Positions 33,233 through 42,513 are shown, counted from the stretch's first letter. The stretch is DNA of 64,000 nt from Gemmatimonadales bacterium (GCA_035693225.1 DASSGV010000073.1:24692-88691); one strand, 5' to 3'. The notes: generated by a model not told the origin, from the letters alone. Made by a program: numbers and translations.

Positions 33233-34287
33233 CAGGCATCCTCGCCGACATCCGCGGAGAGCCGGGCCACCGGGGCCACGCCCGGATTGGTGATGATGAA
33301 CTCGCCGGCCGACTCCTCGAAGGTCATCCCGAAGTTCAGGCCCTGGGCCCGCAGCAGCTCGGCGATCTCGCCCAGCGCCTTGTCGCCCACGTTCTTGACC
33401 TTGAGGAGCTCGTCCTCGGAGTAGGTCACGAGGTCGGCCAGGTTGCGGATGTTGGAATTCTTGAGCGAATTGAGCGACCGCATCGAGAGACCGAAGTCGT
33501 CGATGGGCCGCGTCAGGCGCTCCCGCAGTTGCACGTCGGCGCCCACGCCGCCGCGCTCACGGCCCTGCGGCACCTTGCCGAACTCGACGAAATGCCGGAA
33601 GTGCTCCTGCGCGAGGGCCGCGGCGTATGCCACCGCATCCTCGGGGGAGATGGTGCCGTTGGTCTCGACCTGGACCGTGAGCCGGTCGTAGTCGGTGCGC
33701 TGACCGACCCGGGTCTCGGCCACGGTGAAGTTGGCGCGGCGTACCGGGTTGTAGATCGCGTCGATCCGGACCACGTCGACCGGCATCGAGCGATCGGCCG
33801 GATGGAGCTCGGACTCCACGTACCCGCGGCCCTTGTTGACGTAGAGCTCGGCGGCGATGTCGCGATCATCCTGGAGCGTGAAGAGCAGGTGATCAGGATT
33901 GACGACCCGCACCGACGCGTGAGGCGTGATGTCATGGGCGTAGACCGGCCCCTTGCCATCCCGCTTGATCTTGAGGACGGCCTCGTCGACGTCGTCGGCG
34001 AGCACCAGGACCAGGTTCTTCAACCGCTGGATGATCTGGTGGACGTCCTCCAGCACGCCGGGGATGGTCTGGTGCTCGTGCACCACGCCATCGAGACGGA
34101 AGGCCCACACGGCACTCCCCCGGAGGGAGGAGAGCAGCAGGCGGCGGAGCGAGTTGCCGAGGGTATAGCCGAAACCGCGTTCGAGCGGCTGCAGCCGGAA
34201 TTCGGCGACGTTGGGGTTGTCGTCCCGCTTCGTCATCTCGACGAAATGCGGCCGGACGAGCCCGGTCAGGTCGATGCTCATGGTCAC
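33232..34287 (-). CDS. rpoA: DNA-directed RNA polymerase alpha subunit
   Basis: 351 aa with an N-terminal dimerisation domain ([20 protein letters not shown]) and a C-terminal domain ([20 protein letters not shown]). The true start may be the ATG two codons in. Confidence 0.97.
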   Translation of the reverse strand: MTMSIDLTGLVRPHFVEMTKRDDNPNVAEFRLQPLERGFGYTLGNSLRRLLLSSLRGSAVWAFRLDGVVHEHQTIPGVLEDVHQIIQRLKNLVLVLADDVDEAVLKIKRDGKGPVYAHDITPHASVRVVNPDHLLFTLQDDRDIAAELYVNKGRGYVESELHPADRSMPVDVVRIDAIYNPVRRANFTVAETRVGQRTDYDRLTVQVETNGTISPEDAVAYAAALAQEHFRHFVEFGKVPQGRERGGVGADVQLRERLTRPIDDFGLSMRSLNSLKNSNIRNLADLVTYSEDELLKVKNVGDKALGEIAELLRAQGLNFGMTFEESAGEFIITNPGVAPVARLSADVGEDA

Positions 34288-34919
34288 TTCGAGTACAGCT
34301 CGACGATGAGCTGTTCCTGTGCGTTGATCGGGATGGCCTCACGGGCGGGACGCTCCAGCACCCGACCGACGGCCTTGTTGGTATCGACGGACATCCAGCT
34401 GGGGATCTGACCCCGGGCCGCGCGCTCCAGCGACGCCAGCACCACCGTCAGCTCGCGGCTGGCCGGCGCGACCCGGATCTCCTGGCCCACGAGCACCGGA
34501 TACGACGGGATATCGAGCCGGCGCCCGTTCACCTCCACGTGGCCGTGGCGCACCAGCTGCCGCGCCGCCCGACGGCTGGGCGCAAAGCCCATCCGGTAGA
34601 CGATGTTGTCGAGCCGGCTCTCCAGCGCGATGAGCAGGTTGGTGCCCTTCACCCCCGGCAACCGGGTCACGTCGAGGAAGACGTTCCGGAATTGGCGCTC
34701 GGACAGCCCGTACTGACGCTTCACCTTCTGCTTCTCACGGAGCTGCTTGGCGTATTCCGACGCCTTGCGCGGGCGCCCGGTGCCCTGGCCATGCTGGCCC
34801 GGCGGATACGCGCGACGCTCGACGGCGCACTTCTCGGTGAGACAGCGCGAACCCTTGAGAAAGAGCTTGGTGCCCTCGCGACGGCAAAGCCGGCAGGCCG
34901 GACCAGTGTAACGCGACAT
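34284..34919 (-). CDS. rpsD: 30S ribosomal protein S4
   Basis: 211 aa beginning MSRYTGPACRLCRREGTKLFLKG. Confidence 0.97.
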   Translation of the reverse strand: MSRYTGPACRLCRREGTKLFLKGSRCLTEKCAVERRAYPPGQHGQGTGRPRKASEYAKQLREKQKVKRQYGLSERQFRNVFLDVTRLPGVKGTNLLIALESRLDNIVYRMGFAPSRRAARQLVRHGHVEVNGRRLDIPSYPVLVGQEIRVAPASRELTVVLASLERAARGQIPSWMSVDTNKAVGRVLERPAREAIPINAQEQLIVELYSK

Positions 34920-34922
34920 GGG

Positions 34923-35351
34923 TCAGACCCGCCGCTTCTTGGGAGGACGGCAACCATTGTGCGGGATCGGGGTGACATCGCGGATCGAGGCGACCTTGAG
35001 CCCCACCGACGCCAGCGCCTGGATGGCCGACTCGCGACCGCTCCCGGGGCCCTGGACCCGCACGTGCACCCGGCGCAATCCCATGTTCATCGCTTCACGG
35101 CCGCAGTTCTCGGCGGCCACCGTGGCGGCGAACGGGGTGGACTTCTTCGACCCCTTGAAGCCCGCCTTGCCGGCGGTGCCCCAGGCGAGCGTGTTGCCCT
35201 TGGAGTCGGTGATGGTGATGAGCACGTTGTTGAAGGTGGCCGAGATGTGGGCGACGCCCTCGGACTCGACGACCTTCTTGGCACGCTTGGCGGCCGGCGC
35301 CTTGGCAGGCGCGGCGGCGGCGGACGCGGGGGGAGTGGCGGGTGCGGTCAT
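34923..35351 (-). CDS. rpsK: 30S ribosomal protein S11
   Basis: 142 aa containing [18 protein letters not shown]...[13 protein letters not shown]. Confidence 0.97.
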   Translation of the reverse strand: MTAPATPPASAAAAPAKAPAAKRAKKVVESEGVAHISATFNNVLITITDSKGNTLAWGTAGKAGFKGSKKSTPFAATVAAENCGREAMNMGLRRVHVRVQGPGSGRESAIQALASVGLKVASIRDVTPIPHNGCRPPKKRRV

Positions 35352-35732
35352 TTACTTCTTCGTCGCCTTCTTCTTGCCCGCGATGGCCACTCGGCGGCCC
35401 TTCTTGGTGCGGGCGTTGGTGTGCGTGCGCTGGCCGCGGACCGGGAGACCGCGGCGGTGACGCGTACCACGGTAGCTGCCGATGTCCATCAGCCGCTTGA
35501 TGTTCATGGCCACTTCGGTGCGGAGCGCGCCCTCGACCTTCACGGACCGCTCGATCACCTGGCGCAGTCGCGCCACTTCGTTGTCCGAGAGGTCCCGGAC
35601 GCGGGTATCCGGACTGACGCCGGTCTCGGAGAGGAGCCGGTGACTGGTGCCACGGCCGATCCCGAAGATGTACGTCAGCGCCACTTCGATGCGCTTGTCG
35701 CGCGGCAGATCCACCCCAGCGATACGCGCCAT
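35352..35732 (-). CDS. rpsM: 30S ribosomal protein S13
   Basis: 126 aa beginning [26 protein letters not shown]. Confidence 0.97.
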   Translation of the reverse strand: MARIAGVDLPRDKRIEVALTYIFGIGRGTSHRLLSETGVSPDTRVRDLSDNEVARLRQVIERSVKVEGALRTEVAMNIKRLMDIGSYRGTRHRRGLPVRGQRTHTNARTKKGRRVAIAGKKKATKK

Positions 35733-35735
35733 GGC

Positions 35736-35852
35736 TCAGCCCTGCCGCTGCTTGTGCTTGGGATTGCGCTTGCAGATCACGCGCACGACGCCCTGCCGCT
35801 TGACCACCTTGCAGTGCTCACAGATGGGCTTGACGCTGGACCGAACCTTCAC
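35736..35852 (-). CDS. rpmJ: 50S ribosomal protein L36
   Basis: GTG 35852 is preceded by GGAGAGG. The 38-aa product is [38 protein letters not shown]. Confidence 0.9.
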   Translation of the reverse strand: MKVRSSVKPICEHCKVVKRQGVVRVICKRNPKHKQRQG

Positions 35853-35891
35853 GAAAACCTCTCCAAGTGCCGGGTTTATCAAGAGCTTGGC

Positions 35892-35921
35892 AATATACCC
35901 GCCCCTTCCACCGAGGCGCAA
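35892..35921 (-). promoter_or_regulatory. Weak candidate promoter for the rpmJ-rplQ operon
   Basis: On the minus strand: TTGCGC (35921-35916), 18 nt, TATATT (35897-35892). Confidence 0.3.
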
Positions 35922-35922
35922 G

Positions 35923-36366
35923 TCAGGGCCCCGGAAGGACCCGAATATCCACCAGGCGCCAGCCGCTCCCCGTCCAGCGATATCCGAGCAGCACCGACTC
36001 CACCCGGGCCTCCTGGGTGCCGTCGGGGCGGAATCGGCGCCGCAGGTCCACGAACGCCCGCCGAGTCCCGACGGCACGCGCGCTCACGACCTCGACGGAG
36101 ATCTCGCTGGTGCCACCCACGTACCCGCGCAGGAGGGTCACGGCCTGGGCCGACCCCACCCCGGCCGAGGGGTCGGCACCCGGCAGGCGGAGCTGGACCG
36201 GGGCGCCCGCGGCAAAGAGTCTGGCAAAATCCCGCTCGGCCCACGCCGCCCGGGCGGAGTCCCCGACCGCGGCGATCCCGTCCGGGAGGGTCGGCGCCCG
36301 CTGGGCGGCGGCGGGTCCGGCTGGGACGAGGACGAGCACCATCATTCCGATCAGGCGGGATCGCAC
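35923..36366 (-). CDS. Secreted hypothetical protein (small, possibly an NTF2-like fold)
   Basis: 147 aa with signal peptide [23 protein letters not shown] recognise no motif, so the fold suggestion is a guess. Confidence 0.55.
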   Translation of the reverse strand: MRSRLIGMMVLVLVPAGPAAAQRAPTLPDGIAAVGDSARAAWAERDFARLFAAGAPVQLRLPGADPSAGVGSAQAVTLLRGYVGGTSEISVEVVSARAVGTRRAFVDLRRRFRPDGTQEARVESVLLGYRWTGSGWRLVDIRVLPGP

Positions 36367-36369
36367 GAC

Positions 36370-37068
36370 CTACGCTCCTGCCCCGAGGAACTCCGTCAAC
36401 ACCGCCGCCGGATCCGGTGCATTGAGCAGCGGGCGCCCGACCACGAGGTGCGAGGCGCCGGCCCGGACGGCCTCGATGGGGGTGGCCGTTCGCGCCTGGT
36501 CGCCCGGCGCATCTCCGGCCCGCCGGATCCCCGGCACCACCACCCAACCGCCAGGGCCGACCACCCGCCGCACCGATGCCGCCTCGAGCGGAGAGCAGAC
36601 CACGCCCCGAAGCCCGGCATCCCGCGCGGCGTGTGCCAAGCGCTCCACCTCGCGCGCCGGATCGACCGCGGGCCGGCCGAGGGCCGCGCTCAACGCCGCC
36701 GCATCGAGCGATGTGAGCACCGTGACGCCGACCACTCCCAGTTCCGGCCCGGCGGCCTCGGATGCGGCCTCGAGCATCGCGCGACCACCCAGCGTATGGA
36801 CGGTGGCCATCCGGACACCGAGGGACCGGGCCGCCGCAACGGCGCCGGCGACGGTATTGGGGATGTCGTGCCACTTGAGGTCGAGGAACACCGCGAGGCC
36901 GCGTCCGGTCAACTCACGGATGAACGGTGCCCCTTCCCGCGTCATCAGCACCGAGCCCACCTTGACCCAGCGAAGCGCCGGGACCCGGTCGAGCCAACGG
37001 AGCGCCTCATCCCGCCCCGGAAGATCGAGCGCCGCGATGACCTCAACCACGGCCCGCTCCGAGCTCAC
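36370..37068 (-). CDS. pyrF: Orotidine 5'-phosphate decarboxylase
   Basis: Motifs are IAALDL, FLDLKWHDIPNTV and VVGRPL. The start is ambiguous: GTG 37068 or GTG 37050. Confidence 0.85.
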   Translation of the reverse strand: MSSERAVVEVIAALDLPGRDEALRWLDRVPALRWVKVGSVLMTREGAPFIRELTGRGLAVFLDLKWHDIPNTVAGAVAAARSLGVRMATVHTLGGRAMLEAASEAAGPELGVVGVTVLTSLDAAALSAALGRPAVDPAREVERLAHAARDAGLRGVVCSPLEAASVRRVVGPGGWVVVPGIRRAGDAPGDQARTATPIEAVRAGASHLVVGRPLLNAPDPAAVLTEFLGAGA

Positions 37069-37909
37069 GTGCCACCCGCTCGGGGAGCCGCGGATCGGCG
37101 AGGCCGGCGGTACCGATGGCGACGAGTGCCGCGCCAGCACGCAGGTACTGCCGGGCATCGTCCGCACTCCGGATCCCTCCCACGCCGATGATGGGAATGC
37201 CGGGAAGCCGTTCGGCGACAAGCCGCGTCGCGAGGACGCCGATCGGCAGCAACGGAGGACCGCTGACACCGCCGCGCCCCTGTCCGAGCCGCGGGGCGCC
37301 GCCCTCCTCGGTGAGGGCACCGGGCATGGTATTGACGAGGGACACGCCGGATGCGCCGGCCTGACAGGCGGCGTGCGCGATCGCGGGGATGTCGGGCAAC
37401 ACTGGCGAGAGCTTCACCACGATCGGCCGGGACGTCTCCCGTCGACACCGCGTGACAACCTCCGCCACCTGTGCTGCGTCCGTGCCGAACTCGACCCCGC
37501 CCGCGGCGGTGTTGGGACAGGACAGGTTGAGCTCGAACGCGGTGATGCCGTCGAGCCCGGAAAGCCCGGCCACGACCGCCGGATATTCATCCACCGTGAA
37601 GCCCACCACGTTGACGAGCACCGCCAGATCCGGCCATCGACCCAGCAACCACGGGAGCTCGACGTCCCGGACCGCCGCCAGACCGGGGTTGGCCAGCCCC
37701 ACCGAATTGAGCATCCCGCCTGCAAATTCGGCCACGCGCGGCGCGGGATTCCCGGCCCGTGGTGCCAACGACACCGCCTTGGTGACGATGCCTCCCAGCG
37801 CCGCAAGATCGACGATGCCGGCAAGCTCACGGCCGTACCCCGCCGTGCCGGAGGCGAGCAGGACCGGGTTCTGGAAGCGATGGCCAAGGAGCGTGAGCGC
37901 CGCGGTCAT
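37043..37909 (-). CDS. pyrD: Dihydroorotate dehydrogenase, class 1 catalytic subunit
   Basis: 288 aa containing FQNPVLLASGTAGYG...NSVGLANPG...NLSCPN. Confidence 0.9.
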   Translation of the reverse strand: MTAALTLLGHRFQNPVLLASGTAGYGRELAGIVDLAALGGIVTKAVSLAPRAGNPAPRVAEFAGGMLNSVGLANPGLAAVRDVELPWLLGRWPDLAVLVNVVGFTVDEYPAVVAGLSGLDGITAFELNLSCPNTAAGGVEFGTDAAQVAEVVTRCRRETSRPIVVKLSPVLPDIPAIAHAACQAGASGVSLVNTMPGALTEEGGAPRLGQGRGGVSGPPLLPIGVLATRLVAERLPGIPIIGVGGIRSADDARQYLRAGAALVAIGTAGLADPRLPERVARELGAGRG

Positions 37910-39285
37910 TTCAGGTCATCTCGCTGCGCACGCTTGCGAAGGTCCCGGGTCGGGGCGTGCGGGTGGGCCATTGTGAACGCCAGGAGGGAGTCCTCCAGTG
38001 CGGCGTACCGCGGTGCCGGCGCCCCGGAGAACGCGAGCAAGTACGGGTTCGTTGCGTATTCGGTGCGCAGGACGCCGGCAATGGAGTCGGCGCGGGAGGG
38101 CTCCAGGCGCGCCAGCGCCAGGAGCGCCTTGGCCGCGTAGGGCGACGTCGGGGCCTCGACGGCGACCTGTCGGAAGAGGACCGCGGCGAGCTTCTGCGCC
38201 CCCACCGAATCCCGGGCGAACTCCCCCGCCAGGAAGGTGCGGATATCGCTCGACGGCGTGGCGGGCGCCAGGGAATCGAGTTGCCCACGGAGCCAGCGGA
38301 TGGCGGCCAGTTCGGATCCGACCTGGTACGCCGCGGCCCCGGAGGTGGCGGCGAACCGGTCGAGATACCCCTCGGCCGAGTCGAGCTCGAGCGGACCGAC
38401 AGCGCGAGCTGACCAGGCCGCGGCACGCCCGACGGCGGCCTGCCGGGCCGGCTCGGAGCCCGGTTGGAGTGAATCCACTTCGGCGAACCGCGCGAAGGCG
38501 CGGACCGTATCCCGTGTGAGCAGGCGGCGGGCGTCGTCGGCCAGCCACTGCGCCTTCTGCTGGGGTGTCACGCCCGATTCAGCGGCGCGCTTGTCGACCA
38601 GCGCGGAGCCGATCTCCGGGTCGGCGTCGCCGACGGCGGCGAAGAGAGAATCCCAGGCGATCGTGCTGTCGTGCCGGGCCAGGAGCGTATCGGCGAGCGC
38701 CGCCGCGGATCCGGGCTGCCCCGCGCGCGCCAGTGCGATGACCCGATACGCCGGGGCACGGGGATCTCCGGAGGCGAGCAGGTCGGCGGCGGCGTGCGCC
38801 GGGTCGCCGGTGGCGAGTTCCGATATGCCGACGGCGTAGAGGGCGCGGTGGCGCACGGCAGAATCGGTGCTGGAGATCAGCGGCCGGAACGCGGCGGCCG
38901 CGGCGGCCGGATCGTTGAGTTTGACGTAGCAGTCACCGAGCAGGGCGCGGGCCTCGATGACGGTGGCGCTGTCCCGGGACTGGGCGCGGACCAGTTCCAG
39001 CGGGCCGATGGCGCGTTCGCAGCTGTTGAGCCGCTGATAGGCCTTCCCGGCGAGGAAGCGCGCCGGGATCGCCCACTTGCTCCGGGGATGGCGAACGAAG
39101 GTGGTCTCCGCCTTCGCGGCCACCTGGGCCCAATCGCCCTGCGCGTCAAAGGTCCGGCCCAGCCGCTCGGCCCGCTCGGCCGCACGGGCCAGGTGGACCG
39201 CGCCGTACATGCTGTTGTAGTAGGCGCAGCCTCCCAGGCCGAGGACTCCGGCCAGCGCGAGCCACCGGACGCTGGATCGATTCAC
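37906..39285 (-). CDS. TPR-like lipoprotein of unknown function
   Basis: 459 aa with the lipobox LGLGGC and Ala-rich helical repeats. The GTG start overlaps the amidase stop (GTGA). Confidence 0.65.
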   Translation of the reverse strand: MNRSSVRWLALAGVLGLGGCAYYNSMYGAVHLARAAERAERLGRTFDAQGDWAQVAAKAETTFVRHPRSKWAIPARFLAGKAYQRLNSCERAIGPLELVRAQSRDSATVIEARALLGDCYVKLNDPAAAAAAFRPLISSTDSAVRHRALYAVGISELATGDPAHAAADLLASGDPRAPAYRVIALARAGQPGSAAALADTLLARHDSTIAWDSLFAAVGDADPEIGSALVDKRAAESGVTPQQKAQWLADDARRLLTRDTVRAFARFAEVDSLQPGSEPARQAAVGRAAAWSARAVGPLELDSAEGYLDRFAATSGAAAYQVGSELAAIRWLRGQLDSLAPATPSSDIRTFLAGEFARDSVGAQKLAAVLFRQVAVEAPTSPYAAKALLALARLEPSRADSIAGVLRTEYATNPYLLAFSGAPAPRYAALEDSLLAFTMAHPHAPTRDLRKRAQRDDLK

Positions 39286-40490
39286 GGCGACGACGCGGCC
39301 ATGCCGGCGCCGGTCTTTCGTTCATACCCGCGCAGGTAGCTGACGACGGCATCGGCCAGCGCGTTGGCGATCTTCAACTGCCCCGAGTCGGAGGTCATGA
39401 AGCGGGCGTCCGATCGATTGGTGCTGTAGCCGAGCTCGACGAGGATGGCGGGCCGGTGTGCCGTATTGAGCACCGCGAGCTGATTCGACTGGGTGACGCC
39501 CCGGTCGGTGCCCGGATGCACGCGGGAGAGGTCGTCCTGCACCAGGGCGGCCAGCTGCGCGGCCTCCCGAAGGTGCTCGTTCATCTGGAGGTCGCGCACG
39601 ATGAAGTCGAGCGCCGAGGCGTTGGGGCCCGTGGTCGGCGTTTCGTAGCGGGCCGCGTCATTTTCCATCCGTGCGATGCGGCGGGAATCCTCGGTGTTCG
39701 CCTCGCCGATGATGATGGTATGGAATCCGTTGACGCGGGCGTAGTCCCGGCGCTGGCGCGGATCCAGCGCATCGACGTGCACGCTGAGGAAGAGGTCGCA
39801 GTCATCCCGGCACATCGGCGCCCGATCGCGGAGGTTGATCAGGGTATCGGTGGTGCGGGTCATCAACACCCGGATGCCGCGATGGCGCAGGGCATCGGCC
39901 AGGAGGGTGCCGACCGAGAGGGTGACGTCCTTTTCGCGGACCCCCGACGGGAAATAGAGCCCGGGGTTGCCCGGATCGACGCCGCCGTGGCCGGGATCCA
40001 CCACCACCAGGTGACCGGGAAGGAGGCCATTGGGCAGTCGCTTCACCTCCGGGCGATGCGCCACGGGAGGTCCTCGTTCGACCAGCCGCGCGGCGACGGG
40101 GTCCCACACATACAGTTCCACCAGCGTGTGCGGCAGCACCGACGCCACGAATTCCAGGGGAACGTAGACCGTGTCGGCGGCGGCGTACGCGGGGGCGACG
40201 AGCGGGTCGATCCGATCGGCGTGGGTGACGAACGGCGCGTCGAGCAGGAATCGGAACGGGAGGGTCGCCACGGTCAGCTCGGCCCAGGGACCCGTCACCG
40301 CTAACCGGGCGCTGAGCGCCGTTGCCAGCGCGCCGGCCGGGAGCATCGGCGCCCCGTCACGGCCGACCACCACCGGGATGCGACTCTCGCCCCGGGGTGT
40401 GCTGATGGTCACCGTCGCAACATTGCCCGGTACGTTCCGGGGCCCCGGGGCCGCCAGGACCGTGAGGGTCAGGACCAGCGCGCCGGTCAT
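39282..40490 (-). CDS. N-acetylmuramoyl-L-alanine amidase (Amidase_3 family)
   Basis: 402 aa. The catalytic block reads VVVDPGHGGVDPG...FLSVHVDA...GYSTN. Confidence 0.85.
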   Translation of the reverse strand: MTGALVLTLTVLAAPGPRNVPGNVATVTISTPRGESRIPVVVGRDGAPMLPAGALATALSARLAVTGPWAELTVATLPFRFLLDAPFVTHADRIDPLVAPAYAAADTVYVPLEFVASVLPHTLVELYVWDPVAARLVERGPPVAHRPEVKRLPNGLLPGHLVVVDPGHGGVDPGNPGLYFPSGVREKDVTLSVGTLLADALRHRGIRVLMTRTTDTLINLRDRAPMCRDDCDLFLSVHVDALDPRQRRDYARVNGFHTIIIGEANTEDSRRIARMENDAARYETPTTGPNASALDFIVRDLQMNEHLREAAQLAALVQDDLSRVHPGTDRGVTQSNQLAVLNTAHRPAILVELGYSTNRSDARFMTSDSGQLKIANALADAVVSYLRGYERKTGAGMAASSP

Positions 40491-40972
40491 ATCCGGCCTC
40501 GGGTGCGGGCCAGGCGTTCGACCTCGCGCCGCGCGTCACGGCGCTTCATGTCCTCACGCTTGTCGTGGAGCTTCTTGCCGCGGCCGAGGGCGAGCGCCAC
40601 CTTGGCGCGGCCGTCCTTCCAGTAGAGCTCGAGCGGCACCAGCGTCAGCCCCTGCTGTTCCACGGCGCCGATCATGCGCCCGACCTCCCGCTTGTGGAGG
40701 AGGAGCTTCCGCGAGCGCACCGGGTCGTGGTTCCAGCGGTTGCCCTGTTCGTATGGCTTGACGTTCATCCCTTCGAGGAACACTTCACCGCGATGGACGC
40801 GGGCAAAGGCTCCCACCAATGTGGCGTGCCCGTTCCGGAGCGACTTGACCTCGGTGCCACGCAGCACCACGCCCGCCTCCCACGTCTCGAGGATGTGGTA
40901 GTCGTGCGTCGCCCGCGGATTGCGGGCGATCGAGCGCTTGCCCTCCCCGGGCGGGGCGTGTTCGGTGGCCAT
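40487..40972 (-). CDS. smpB: SsrA-binding protein
   Basis: 161 aa containing IARNPRATHDYHILETWEAGVVLRGTEVKSLR...LLLHKRE. Confidence 0.95.
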   Translation of the reverse strand: MATEHAPPGEGKRSIARNPRATHDYHILETWEAGVVLRGTEVKSLRNGHATLVGAFARVHRGEVFLEGMNVKPYEQGNRWNHDPVRSRKLLLHKREVGRMIGAVEQQGLTLVPLELYWKDGRAKVALALGRGKKLHDKREDMKRRDARREVERLARTRGRI

Positions 40973-40989
40973 TGCAATGTCCTAACTGC

Positions 40990-41018
40990 AAGATAGGCCT
41001 GCCGTTAGGTGGAATCAA
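40990..41018 (-). promoter_or_regulatory. Sigma70-type promoter for smpB
   Basis: On the minus strand: TTGATT (41018-41013), 17 nt, TATCTT (40995-40990). It lies about 18 nt upstream of the ATG. Confidence 0.4.
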
Positions 41019-41026
41019 CGCGGCGC

Positions 41027-41055
41027 TTGCGACCCACCCGGCGGCCGACTAGGTT
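41027..41055 (+). promoter_or_regulatory. Sigma70-type promoter for tRNA-Leu
   Basis: TTGCGA (41027-41032), 17 nt, TAGGTT (41050-41055). The mature tRNA 5' end is 11 nt downstream. Confidence 0.4.
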
Positions 41056-41065
41056 TGCCGCCCAC

Positions 41066-41149
41066 GCCGGAGTGGTGGAACTGGTAGACGCGCTGCGTTC
41101 AGGGCGCAGTGGGCGCAAGCCCGTGCGGGTTCGAGTCCCGCCTTCGGCA
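41066..41149 (+). tRNA. tRNA-Leu (anticodon CAG), class II with a long variable arm
   Basis: Hand-folded cloverleaf. The acceptor stem is GCCGGAG/CTTCGGC (one G-U pair). The anticodon stem CTGCG/CGCAG carries the loop TTCAGGG. The variable arm is GGGC-GCAA-GCCC and the T arm is GCGGG-TTCGAGT-CCCGC. The discriminator is A and CCA is not encoded. Confidence 0.9.
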
Positions 41150-41159
41150 TGAGTTGAGT

Positions 41160-41305
41160 GAGAAGTGAAGAGTAAGAAGTGAAGAGGGAGCTCCGGCGGT
41201 ATCCGGGGCTCCCTTCTTCGTTCTCCGGCCCTCCCTTGCCCCTCACCTCTTCCCTGCCCCCTCTTCCCCCCCTTTTCACTCTTCACTCTTTACTCTTCAC
41301 TTCTC
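41160..41305. repeat. Inverted pair of heptamer-type arrays
   Basis: The purine arm is GAGAAGTGAAGAGTAAGAAGTGAAGAG (41160-41186). The pyrimidine arm is CTCTTCACTCTTTACTCTTCACTTCTC (41279-41305). They are 25/27 complementary and flank a GC hairpin and a pyrimidine-rich spacer. Confidence 0.75.
41186..41224. terminator. Intrinsic terminator for tRNA-Leu, possibly bidirectional with moeB
   Basis: The hairpin GGGAGCtCCGG...CCGGgGCTCCC (41186-41213) is followed by TTCTTCGTTCT. Confidence 0.55.
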
Positions 41306-41315
41306 CCTTCTCACT

Positions 41316-42467
41316 TCAATACCGCGCCATCCCTGGCTCTATCTCCTCCGCCCACGCATCGATGCCCCCCGATAAGCTCCGCACGTGCGCGAACCCCGCG
41401 CCCTGGAGCAGGTCCCTGGCACGGAGCGAGCGGACCCCGCGATGGCAGATGGTCACGATGTCGCGCCGGGTATCGAGTTCGTTCATCCGTCCGGGAAGTT
41501 CCCCGAGGGGGAGGTGCAGCGATCCGTCGAGGTGACCGAGCGCCCACTCCCAGTCCTCCCGTACGTCCACCAGCAGCGGCGGCGCCTCCCCGGCAAGGGC
41601 GGTGCAAAGCTCGGCCGAGGTGATGTCCGGCGCGGCATCCATCCCCGCCGGCCCGAGACCGCAGAAGGCCTCATAGTCGATCAGCGCGGTGACCGTCGGA
41701 TGGTCACCGCAGACCGGACACGCAGGATCGCGCGACAGGGCGAGCTCCCGGAACTCGAGCTTGAGTGCGTCGAATCGGAGCAGGCGTCCGATGAGCGGGG
41801 TCCCCGCGCCGACGATCCACTTGATGGCCTCCAGCGCCTGCAGGCTCCCCACGATCCCCGGCAACACGCCCACGACACCGCCTTCGGCGCAGTTCGGTAC
41901 CAGCCCCGGCGGGGGCGGATCCGCAAAGAGGCAGCGGTAGCAAGGCCCTTCGGGAGGATGGAAGACCGAGACCTGGCCTTCCCACCGGAAGATGCTCCCG
42001 TACACCAGCGGCTTCCCCTCCAGCACACAGGCGTCGTTCACCAGGTAGCGGGTGGGGAAGTTGTCCGAGCCGTCCAGCACGATATCGAACCCACGGATGA
42101 TCTCGCGTGCATTGGCGGCGGTGAGGCGCCCGTCGATCGGTTCGAGCACCACGTGCGGGTTGAGGTCGGCGATCCGCGCTGCGGCCGACTCGAGCTTCGG
42201 ATGGCCCACGGCGGCCGTGCCGTGGAGGATCTGACGCTGGAGGTTGCTCAGGTCGACCCGATCGAACTCGACCAGGCCGAGGACGCCGACGCCGGCCGCG
42301 GCGAGGTAGAGTGCCGCGGGTGAACCCAGGCCGCCGGCGCCGACCAGCAACACCCGGGCCTGGCGAAGCTTCCGCTGGCCCTGCAGCGCGATCTCGGGCA
42401 GCACCAGGTGCCGGGAGTAGCGGATGAGCTCGGCGTTGGTGAGGTCCGGCACCACCGGTTCAGGCAT
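41316..42467 (-). CDS. moeB: MoeB/ThiF-type adenylyltransferase with a C-terminal rhodanese domain (MoeZ-like)
   Basis: Start moved to ATG 42467; the ORF-track start at 42479 is a TTG. Motifs are RYSRHLVLPEI, VLLVGAGGLGSPAALYLAAAGVG and CYRC..CPVC. The rhodanese active site reads ICHRGVRS. Confidence 0.85.
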   Translation of the reverse strand: MPEPVVPDLTNAELIRYSRHLVLPEIALQGQRKLRQARVLLVGAGGLGSPAALYLAAAGVGVLGLVEFDRVDLSNLQRQILHGTAAVGHPKLESAAARIADLNPHVVLEPIDGRLTAANAREIIRGFDIVLDGSDNFPTRYLVNDACVLEGKPLVYGSIFRWEGQVSVFHPPEGPCYRCLFADPPPPGLVPNCAEGGVVGVLPGIVGSLQALEAIKWIVGAGTPLIGRLLRFDALKLEFRELALSRDPACPVCGDHPTVTALIDYEAFCGLGPAGMDAAPDITSAELCTALAGEAPPLLVDVREDWEWALGHLDGSLHLPLGELPGRMNELDTRRDIVTICHRGVRSLRARDLLQGAGFAHVRSLSGGIDAWAEEIEPGMARY

Positions 42468-42487
42468 GGATGCCCTCAAAGCAGAAA

Positions 42488-42513
42488 CGCCCGACCGAAC
42501 CAGCGGTCGGGCG
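42488..42513 (-). terminator. Intrinsic terminator after the Rrf2 regulator gene
   Basis: CGCCCGACCG-AACCAG-CGGTCGGGCG forms a 10-bp stem. On the minus strand it is followed by TTTCTGCTTTG. Confidence 0.55.

Noticed and set aside
40973-41065. I looked for a tmRNA (ssrA) gene next to smpB.
   Set aside because: Only 93 nt separate smpB from tRNA-Leu, and two promoter-like elements fill them. There is no tRNA-Ala-like acceptor/T-arm and no tag reading frame.
41066-41330. I looked for a genomic island or integrase target at the tRNA-Leu 3' end.
   Set aside because: There is no integrase, no direct repeat of the tRNA 3' end, and no compositional shift. The flanking repeats are the low-complexity heptamer class also seen at non-tRNA loci.
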